Below, piece after piece: positions 1 to 11,400 of a DNA stretch of 46,091 nt. The stretch spans positions 129,597,686-129,643,776 of the forward strand of contig NC_068984.1 of assembly GCF_001194135.2 (NCBI RefSeq), given 5' to 3'. Each line of letters starts with the position of its first letter. Position 1 is the first letter of the stretch. This DNA comes from Octopus bimaculoides (Eukaryota). Under the pieces are notes generated by a model. The model made no database searches, was not told the origin of the DNA, and saw only the letters and a program-made list of their open reading frames with translations. A program made the translations under genes and the position numbers.

Positions 1-32
<32 letters not shown>

Positions 33-2056
33 TAAATTTATTTGACAATCAACTATAAACATATCTAAAAGTTCGATCTAATACATATCACTGGTTACTG
101 TTGGTTGAACAGAGTTGAAACAGTTACCAAGAAATACCGAAAAGCTTTTTCTTCTCAGCCTTAAAACTTTTAAGTATGAATCTCTGGTAATGTAAATTAT
201 GCACTAGATTTGAAACAGAAGAGATTTTATGTTTCCATTTGAGGTATCTCTTGAATGGAGACAAACTGAATGATGCTTTGAAACACCTTCATAATTTCTA
301 CATATATATCAATATACTATTTAAAGTTACCTCTTCAGATTTTCTATAAAAGCTAGAGTCAGCACTGGAAGTTACGATGTTTCATAGCTCTGGCTTCTAT
401 AGTAAATCAGTAGAGAACTTTAAAATACAGTATTGACTTAAAAGCCTCTAACATACTTGGTAGTATATTATAGCTGCATAGCAAAGTACGGTGCCCAACC
501 AGCAACTATTATAATCCACGTGTTATAATAGGACTGACAGCATATTTGATTACCTTTGATTTTTTTTTCTTTCTAGAAATTCTATGATTTTGAATACTCA
601 TTTCTGATTATCTCAAAGAAATTTACTGACTTAGGGAGCATGTTTTCAAGTTAGGCACACATGATGTAAGAGAGCTATGATACACAAAACTATTGCAAAA
701 TTTATATTTCATACAGAGATGTGACAAGTTTTGCCCAACCCATGGGCTGCTAATGATGGTGGTGTATAAACATAGCAAGTTTCTACATTTCCTGAACATG
801 TTTATATATAACAGCCAAATCTTCAAGAAACACTGTATGTTTCAAGACCATAAACTAAGAATAACATGCCTCACGTTAAAAACAAGAAAGCCACATCTGA
901 ACAAGTTCGATCTAAAACCAGTAAAGTGGATAATGTGTATCTCAATGTTGAAGACAGAGGGCCTTTAACTGTTTCTGATCCACATTCAGTTAGCTCTGCC
1001 ATGTAGCTTTATTCGAGTAATGCTATCCAGAGCTAGACCAACACAATTAAAAGCAAATACCATAGAGATAATGAAGACACAAGCACACAGCTTGATGTGA
1101 TCCAAAATGATAACTTACTCCTCATGGATTGAAGAAATACTAGGAGAAAAGGCATTTGGTCAAAACTTGGAAAGACAGATTCTTGGTTACTACAACTTGG
1201 ATGGAAAAGTGTAAGAGATTTGGAATCAAAAAGGGAATGTTGATCTTTTTTCTAAATTAGAACAATAAAATTTTTTTAAAAGCATCTTAGGATGCTTTTG
1301 TTTCACACAAAGAAAGAATGAATCCAACAGGGTTTAAAATTAGAAACAGATACTATAAAGGCATCCAGTTACAACTATCATCTTAGCCACCAAGTATAGA
1401 GCTGGTATTTATCTTATTAATCTTATGTGGATGAATGGTAAAATCAACACCACCACCATCATCATCATTTAATGTTCACCTTTCCCTGCACAAATGAATG
1501 AAACAGAATTTGCTGAGAGATTTTCAATGGTTCAATGCCTTTTCTGTTCCCAACCCTCACCTGTTTCCAAGTAAGGTAATATTTCCCCATGACTGGATAT
1601 GTCTTGGAATATTAGAAACAAAGGACACAGCTTGCATGATGATGAGGACACTCACAAATTATCACAGGATGTAAAAGCAAGGAGACAATAACTCGCACAC
1701 ATACAATGGGTGTCTTTCAGTTTCTGTCTACCAAATCCGCTCACAAGGTTTCAGTTGGCCTAGAGCTATAGTGGAAGACACTTGCCCAAAAGTGTCATGC
1801 AATGGAACTAAACTTGAAACCATGTGGTACCTTAACATTCTGTTTCTGTACCTCCCATCTGCAACATTTTCACAAAAATATAAGATCACATTTTGAGTTG
1901 GAGTATTTCATTTAAAAAAAAAAGAATTGTAAATAAATCCTGAGATTTCTGTTATGAGTGATGATATAACAAGAATTTTGATAGAGACAACCCTAAGGCC
2001 ATTAATGGATCCATGTTTAGGTAGGCACAAATTGAGATCATATATATTGTGCAATG

Positions 2057-2062
2057 TTTATT
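2057..2062 (-). terminator. Candidate DTL polyadenylation signal AATAAA
   Basis: Forward tttatt at 2057-2062, about 380 nt past the stop codon; not transcript-verified. Confidence 0.45.
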
Positions 2063-2439
2063 GTGACACAACAAACAACAATGCACCTATAGGCAATATC
2101 AAATGCACAGTTCAACAGTCTGCACCAAGATATATAAAGTTAGCCAAAATAAAATAAATAAAAAATTCTCCTGGTTAACTTTCAGAAAAACTGTACACCT
2201 GAAAAATATGCCCTATTCATAAATTAACAATAGGTTGAGGCCACAAACATTGCTTGGTTCAGGATGAACAATAATGGAAAAAATATGATAAAGATTTAAA
2301 GTGACCTTTGAAACAAGGTCAAACCCAAATTTCAGGTAGTGAAATTCCTTTAGTAAACCTCACATTAGGTTGGTAAAGAAAAGTCAGTTTGGTTTTGAGA
2401 GTAATAAAATGCAGTTTTTATCTTCCTTCCATAATCCTG

Positions 2440-2493
2440 TCAGTTGCGGGATGTGTTTCGATTGATAAAGGTCAATATGGATTGGTTGCGACT
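2440..2493 (-). CDS. DTL: DTL terminal coding exon (SRNQSILTFINRNTSRN*) with PIP-like box
   Basis: tttttccccag acceptor, phase 0, TGA at 2442-2440. NQSILTFI aligns with the human CDT2 PIP box MRKICTYF. Confidence 0.8.
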   Translation of the reverse strand, partial: SRNQSILTFINRNTSRN

Positions 2494-5452
2494 CTGGGGA
2501 AAAACAAAAACACATTATATGGGCATATGTATAATCAGAAGGGAAGGAATTGTTCCTTAGTTGATTTATATAATGGTACCGAAAATCTTCAATTTTCCAA
2601 AAAAATGTAATGAAATGAAATTAAAATAATGTAAAATGAAGTATACTATTTACAATAATATAAAAATGTAAATATTCTATTTTATCTTATTTCCTTGGAA
2701 AATTTGAAGACTTTTTGCACCTGTATATACATAAACTTAGGAACAATTCCTTCATTTCTTCTAACTAACCTTAGTAATAATACACTATTCTGTACACTAC
2801 CAAAAATCATATATCTCTTAGTATATATTGCAATATTTATGTTCTAACACATCTACTTTTAAGTGGTGAATATTTTACCTTTTGGTATTAATACAGCTCC
2901 TGCCACTATTTTTTAATAAGCTCACTAGCTTTTAGCCACAGCATTGCCTGATAGGGCTCTGTATTCTATGTATATCACTAGCATAGCAGCTACTGCTATT
3001 TCCAGCAGCTAGGTATCTACTATAGACAAGACCAAAAGAAGCTGAAATTACATGATCCGGTAGTCCTGGCAGTGGTGACTGTCTGCTGCTGGCAATAGTT
3101 GTGATGTGCCTTTATGCACCATAAAACCATATGAATGAAAGTTTTTCTCCCTTGATGAATATTTTAGTATATGTGTTTTGACACACTCATTTTTAAGTGG
3201 TGAGTATTTTATCTTTTGGTAAAATACTACTTTTGTTGTGCTATTTATTTCTTAAATATATATGTTTGTTCACCCACATCATGAATAATGATGATGAATA
3301 TGTTAAATTTATTTGATACTGAAAACGATAATGAAATTAATATTACCAAACAAGTAAAAAAAAAAAGTAAATCTTTACCTCTGGAGATCCTTTTTGTAAA
3401 GGCTTCCGATTACTTCTGGCCGATTTTGGTGTTCTTTTACTAGAATGAGAATGTAATGGTGAATGGCCTGGAGATCTGAGAACATCAAAAACTGAATAAC
3501 CAGGAGAATTGGTTAAAGGTTTAGAATCACTGGAATTTTTCTCTGATTGAGTTCTTTCACAAAAGGAAATTTCTGCATTTGTTGGAGTATTTTCCATATC
3601 TACCAACTGATCTTTGATTTGTTTGCTGGCAGGGAACAGACATTTACTAGATGAGGAATTTTTCTCAGGAGATTTTAACATGAGATTTGATCTGTTAAAA
3701 TTTTCTTGTTGATTAGGATTTTCCCAGTTGGGAGTGCGGAGAATGTTTCTTTGTTTAGTTGGACTTTGACACGTTGAAGCAATATAGGAACTCTCCAATT
3801 TCCGCTTGGCAGTATTTTTTCTTTTCTCAAGTTGACTGCCACACGGAGAAGAATTTTCTATCGAAGGACTGTCCTGCTCTTCATCTATCAAGTTACACAT
3901 TTCAATCTGGCTGTTTTCTGGAGAATTCACCGAATTCCAGTCCCTCACAGACTTTTTCAGCCAGTCTTTAATGGACAAGGATGGTGAACTAACTGGTGGA
4001 GTTCTTATTTTTAAACCAACAAAAGGTGGTGTACTGTCACTATATGGAGTCAAACTTTGGCTACTTTCACAACCAGAGACTGATGGTGGTGATGGAGAAA
4101 TTTCTGAAAAAGAAACAAAGTGAAATTTTCAAATATTGACAGTTGAGAGATTTTATTCAGGGAACACTAATAGATGCTACCATAGCATGTACTTTGCTGT
4201 GTATCCATAGTCTGCACTGTGAAATGAACTGATCTGTTCATGTTGTGCCATGTTAAAAGCACCCAGCACACATTGTAAAGCGGTTGGCATTAGGAAGGGC
4301 ATCCAGCCATAGAAACCATGCTAAATCAGACTGGAACCTGGTGCAGCTCTTTGGCTTGCCAGATCTGGTCAAACCATTCAATCCATGCCAGCATGAAAAA
4401 CAGCCATTAAAATGATGATGATGAAATAATTGTGTTGTAAAATAAAATATTTTGAATGATAACTCTAGAACACAAATGCTTAAACATAAAGTGAAAACGT
4501 TAAACACTCACCATGAATATACTCCATTGCCGATCCACTCATTTCCAGAATGTCTGCAGGAAGAGAATGGCAATTCAAACGCCACATCCTCATTGTGTTA
4601 TCATCGGAAAGAGTAGCAATCTGAGAATAAGACATAAAGCAATGAAATACAAAGTTACATTCATCTAATAGCAAATGACTAACTAAAACAGAACTAAGTG
4701 TACCAATATAAGCTAGCCAGAGAAGCAAGTGTAATGCCCAAGATCTTTGTGGGTCATCTCATGTTTGTGAGGATGATGTGGTCAATAGTAGTTGAAACAT
4801 TTGTTTACAAGTGAATATTTGGAGGAAAATATATTGGGAAGAACATTCTACACTCTCGGAGTGGTTGGCGTTAGGAAGGGCATCCAGCTGTAGAAACTCT
4901 GCCAAATCAGATTGGAGGCCGGTGTCGCCTCCTGGTCCACCAGTCCTCAGTCAAATCATCCAACCCATGCTAGCATGGAAAGCGGACGTTAAATGACGAT
5001 GATGATTCCAGAGGATTTCAACCCTGGTAAGAAATACCATGAGAAGTTTAGTGCAGTGTTTCGAAGTTGAGACACAGTTAATGACAAGAAGAGAGAGTAT
5101 CAAGATAGATAGTTCAGAGCAATAGAAGCCATTTTAATTAGTAATGGTAGAACTAGTGGCCAGTGGCAGCAGCATGTTGAATAATGAATTATAGCCAATC
5201 ATTTGAATGGCCTTCTCCGAGATATGGTTTACCATGTGTATATGGACAAGAAATTTTCCTTGTCTAGAAGAACAGGCTGCGATAAGCCATGTATTTTGTC
5301 TAGTGGAAAAGAAATTTAGCACTTTGAGTAGAAGTTCACTTCATAGTTAAATGCAATGTTTAATTGTGTTGCTGGATAAATAGACTGGGAGTAGTGAGAG
5401 TAAGAAAAAATTTTTTTTAAACCTTGAAGAATAAGAAAATGAAAGGCAAAAG

Positions 5453-5487
<35 letters not shown>

Positions 5488-8400
5488 CACTAAAAGGCGA
5501 AATAGTAGTTAAGAAGAGGAAATTTAGGAACATCAGCAGATTTGAGATAAAACCTTGAGGGAAAAGAAGTAATAACAGGGGAAACGCATACAACCATGTA
5601 CATACAAACCAAAATATATACACACACATAAAACAGATACACCTGCATGATACATGCACATACAACCAGATACATTTACCTAGTTATTTTCATATATGTA
5701 TAGCCACATACATATAAAAGCAACACAATGGTTATAGCAAGATTTGAATTTACAATCTCATGGTCAATATAGTAATACTATTGTTTTCTGTTTTTCCCTT
5801 TGTGTTCACAGATCTGAAAAATTCAGACATTCCTTAACCCATTTCCGTTGAAACACACTGGTTTGTTTCAATTAATTTTGAAAATAAAAGAATTTAGTAA
5901 AATAACCTCGTTATTATCATTAATCTGGCGTTTGAAACAAATTAACGTGAAATTTTAATAGGTGTAAAATTTAGATCACTCTAGAACAAGTTGTATTATA
6001 GATACTAAGGGTGATCGCAGGTATATTGGTATCAAAAGGGCTAAAGTATATTCTGAAGTTAATATTTTACAACTCACCATCTTGAGTCAAACACAAGAAG
6101 TACAACTTTGTTTTCTAGCTGTACACAAGTCACAAGAACATTTCCAAAGATACTTACCTTGCCAAAATCATGTTGGGACCAAGTAACAGCTGTCACTTCT
6201 GCAGTATGACCAGCAAGGGTGAGGCATGGATATTCAGAACCCTCAACCTAGACATTAAAAAGAGGTTTTTAATATATTAATAATAACAGTGTCTTGCATG
6301 GCTACAGCCCAATACATGAAACCAGTGAAAAAAGTGATGCATAACAGAGGAAGGACATGTTCACCATTCACTACATTCTCCTCTATCTCCATCCATCTGC
6401 CACTCTTTCACACTCTTGCAAACTTACTTAACTATCCACTCACCCTGTCCAATTTTCTATATCATTTATGTTCACTTTCCTGTAACTTGAAGGTCTCTCC
6501 TTACATATTTTCATTGCCATCTCTGGGGAGACATATATCTCCTCTACTGCAAAACATCTGTTTCTGTCCCCATCTCATACTTTAACCTCTCATTACCTGA
6601 CAGAAAGCCACCTCCCTCAATACTACACCCATCTCACTCAGTTAAGGGAGTCCTGTTTCATGAGGTACTAGTGCCAGTGCTACATAAAAAGCACCTAGTA
6701 TTCTTTGGAAAGTGGTTGGCATTGGGAAGGGTATCCAGCCATAGAAACTATGTCAAAGCACACATTGGAGCTTGGCAAAGTCCTCTGGCTCATCAGCTCC
6801 TTTTGAACTGTTCAACTTTGGAAACTCTAAAACAAAACAGCAAAGAGCTTGAAAATGTTTCTTTTCATATAAATCCAATGTCATCAGTCATTTGTTGAAG
6901 ATAACCTGTTGAGAGCAAACAACCATTTCTTTAATGCTAATTGTCTTTAACTGCAAAAATATATCAGCAATTGTTTATTCTCCTTCAACTCTTATATGAA
7001 AGTGAATATTTCCACAAGTATATACTTTCCAAACTATGGTTTACTATACCTAATCATTATTCCGCTCTTCTCTATCTACACTTCAACACCTGATAGCCAA
7101 GGGCTTGCACAGTAAAGAAAAGAACAACAAAAGACAAAGAACAATACAAACCTCCCATATATAGGCATTATCATCATTTGATCCACTAACAAAGAACCTG
7201 CCACATGGACTTACAGCAGCTTTGATGTAAAATGAAGTATTTTGGTACCCTCTGTATGTGCGGACTACAAAATAAAACATTGAACTGGAATTACCAAAGA
7301 TATCAGAACGGATCACATCTAAACACTTAGCCAAGTTTACTGAAGACATTATAAATTGATTATGTGGAGAATACAATCAAAACTGAAGGTAGAAATATGT
7401 ATGGATCACAAGCAAACTACAACATAAAGGTTAGATGTATACAACATGGGGAGCTAGAGAGAATCATAAACATGGATTACAGTGGACTGTGTATACCAGA
7501 GGGGCTTGAAGGAATTATAAACATTCGTAGCTTATAGGACATGATTTCAACATGTATAAATTTATAAGGGTAGCAAGCTGACAGAATTGTTAGTACACCT
7601 GACAAAATGCTTAGCAGTATTTCACCCATTTTCATGTCCAGAATTCCAATTTTGCCGATGTCAACTTTGCTTTTCATCCTTTAGGAGTTGATGTAATTGA
7701 CTTAATCCTTTCACAGGAATTGCTGGCCTAGTACCAAAATTTGAAAGTGGCTGTGTGGTAAGTAGCTTGCTTACCAACCACATGGTTCCGGGTTCATTCT
7801 CACTGCGTGGCACCTTGGGCAAGTGTCTTCTACTATAGCCTCGGGCCGACCAAAGCCTTGTGAGTGGATTTGGTAAACGGAAACTGAAAGAAGCCCGTTG
7901 CATATATGTATATACATATGTATGTGTGTGTGTGTTTGTCCCCGTAACTTAGCGGTTCGGCAAAAGTGACCGACAGAATAAGTACTAGGCTTCCAAAGAA
8001 TAAGTCCTGGGGTCGATTTGCTCAACTAAAGACGGTGCTCCAGCGTGGCCGCAGTCAAATGACTGAAACAAGTAAAAGAGTAACTCTCCAATAATTCCTG
8101 ATTATTTTGAAAATTAAAACAAAAACTGAATTTATTCTTTCTAGAAATACGCTGACAAACAGGGTTAGTCTAATGATTTTTCTCCTCACAATAAGTGCAA
8201 TTTCAATTAATGCTTTGGTTCACTACATTATGTTGACACCAACTTCACTATTTTTTGTTCCATGCACCTCAGTTATTTTTGATACTTTGACTTTCAGGTC
8301 AGCTTAGCCTAAAGCACAAGCAAGATCCAAGTACACTGATCTGAAGAGGAATGTTGAAGGAGCTAATGAGAGCAATGCTGTTGGTACGAACAATGAGTTT

Positions 8401-11400
8401 ACCATATCATCATCATTTAACGCCTGCTTTCCATGCTAGCATGGGTTGGACGGTTTGACTGAGGACTGGCGAGCCAGATGGCTACACCAGGCTCCAATCT
8501 GATCTGGCATAATTTCTACAGCTGGATGCCCTTCCTAACGCCAACCACTCTGAGAGTGTAGTAGGTGCTTTTACATGCCACCAGCACGAGGGCCAGTCAG
8601 GTGGTACTGGCGACGGCCACGCTCAAATGGTGTTTTTTATGTGCCACCTGCACAGGAGCCAGTCCAGCGGCAATGGCAACAACCTCGAAGACAACAAATT
8701 TCCAGTAATTTAATTTTTAGCAATTAAAAGAAATCAGAAGCTCTGTTCTAAGCAAAAAAGTACAAAGCACATCTGAGAAGCAATTATATTGTGTACTCAA
8801 ATCTTCAAGAACTATATATATAATCATCATTTAATGTCCGCTTTCCATTCTGGCATGGGTTAGACAGCTTGACAGGAATTGGTTAGGCAGAAGACTGTAC
8901 CAGGCTTCAGTGTGTTTTGGCATGGTTTTTATGGCTGGATGCCTTTCCTAATACCAACCACCCCACAGAGTGAAGTGAGTGCTTTTTACATGACACCAAC
9001 ACAGGTGAGGTCAGTTTTGGCATGGTTTTTTACAACTGGATGCCCTTTAAATGCCAAACACTTGTTGACTGGATGCTTTTTATGTGGCACCAACAGTGGA
9101 AGGGTCACTAAGTAACTTGCAAGACAAAGAGATACTTCACAGGCTTCCACAGAGTTTCATCATCATCGTTTAACGTCCGCTTTCCATGCTAGCATGGGTT
9201 GGACGATTTGACTGAGGACTGGTGGACCAGGTGGCTACACCAGGCTCCAATTTGATTTGGCAGAGTTTCTACAGCTGGATGCCCTTCCTAATGCCAACAA
9301 CTCCGAGAATGTAGTGGGTGCTTTTACGTGCCACCAGCACGAAGGCCAGTCAGGCGGTACTGGCAACGGCCACGCTCGAAATGGTGTCTTTTACGTGCCA
9401 CCTGTACTAAATTCACTTACAAAGAATTGGTTGACCCAGGCTATAATACAAGACACCTGCCCAAGGTGTCCTGTACTGGGACAGAATCCAAAACCATTTA
9501 GATGCAAAGTGAGCTTCTTAACCATACAGCCATGCTTGTGTCTACCTACCCAAAAACAGGGTGACCTGAGGTAAAACAACAACATTATACAGCAGAGATT
9601 GTAAGAAAACAAAACTAGACTAAATGGTGAATGACAGCCAGATAGAATTATAAAATGGTTAACTTACTGGGTTCACGAGCATATGTAGCAGAATTGTAGA
9701 GGTAGACAGAGTGATCTTTACATGTTGCAAACAAACGACTAAGACTGGGATCAAATGCAAGGCTGGTGATCCCTAAAAAAGATTAGATAAGGATAAAGAA
9801 GTTAATAAAATAGAAACAATCTTATATGTTTTTAAATAATAATAAATCAGAGCTTTACCAAACAATATATTCATATGCGAGAGTTTGTACAAGAGTTGTA
9901 AGTATAAAGAACTGTTCACTTACCAAAGTTTCTCATTGCATTTTTGCTGCACATAAACATATTTGCAGGTACAGGGTCTTGGTTTAGACTGCTGCACTTT
10001 CGCAAGTCCCAAATCTTAACAGTGCTGAAGAGAGAAAAGATAGAAATTGTCAGAAAAAGTCTCTCACAGACTGTATATTTTAATGTGACTATATTCAATA
10101 TTTTATGTGTCCTTGTATTCATGTCATGCTGTGCATCTGTGTGTGTGTTTGTTACAGGAAGCATTTGTCACTGCACAGTCATGTGCTGTCATTATACGTT
10201 TTTGTATCATTGAATATATATGACTTGAAGGTATGAGTGCAGCTATTTGCATTTGTATCTGTATATATGTGCATTTTCATAGTAGTGGTGGTGAACATGT
10301 ATGTATGGTGGCAGTTTTGAACATACAGTATAGCAGCAGTGGCAGTGCACATGTGGTATGGTACTTACACAACACAATGTGATACCACAGCTGCTAGAGA
10401 TCTGTAAAGCATTAACAGCTATGGTAGCTTGACAAGTAAAGAACTAACCTATTAATAGCTCCAGCTGAGGCCAAGAGATTGTCTGTCTGGTAGAGGACAG
10501 CAGTAACACTTTTTTCTCGGTTATCCTGGAATACAAAATGGAATACTATGTAGGCAAACTGTACACCAGGAGTTTGGATTTTCTTACATAGTGTAGGCTG
10601 ACGTTCTAGACAAGATACATTATTCTGCTATCATTGACAACATGCACAACTTTCTTTGTAGTTCAATGATAAATCATCTAAATAGTGAAGACAAACCATA
10701 GTAACACCAAAATAAATTAGAGACAAGCCACTTATTATTAGAGACACAGATGCAGGCATAGCAATGTAGCTGAAAAGTTTGGTTCCCAACCATGTGGTTT
10801 TGAGTTATGCCACACAGTATAACACCTCAGGGCAAGGGTCTCGTACTATAGTCCTGGGCTAATCAAAGCCTTGTGATTGGATTTGGTAGATGGAAACGGA
10901 AAAAAAGACCACCTGAAGATTGCAGAAACATAAAACTCGAGTTGCAAGACAAACTCACAGCTTCAGGTTTAAAAAAAAAAAAAAAAAAAAAGTCATATCT
11001 TCCACAACATGTATTGAGCACTCCTTTCTTATTCATTCAACAACAATATATAATCTCCAAGCAATCTATGCTAACAGGGGAAAATAATGCACTGATCTCT
11101 GAAAAGATACACATAAATAAACCAGTAAATCTAACATTAACTTTTCTTACATTGTTTTTATTCCTGCAGTTTCTTTTCAAGTGCATAGCAGGTCCAATGG
11201 AATGTGCATTCTTTATGGCACTCACACTTCTCATGTAGCCATCTAAGAAAGAAAAGCAGAAACATCACTAACTGCTATGAACAAAATTTATTATAAAATC
11301 TAAACAACATGTAGTTATTTGCATGTATGAACAACCAGTTTCATACAAGTATTGAGGAGGGCAATGACAATTCACAGTAAATGTAAAGAGTGAAGAAAAC

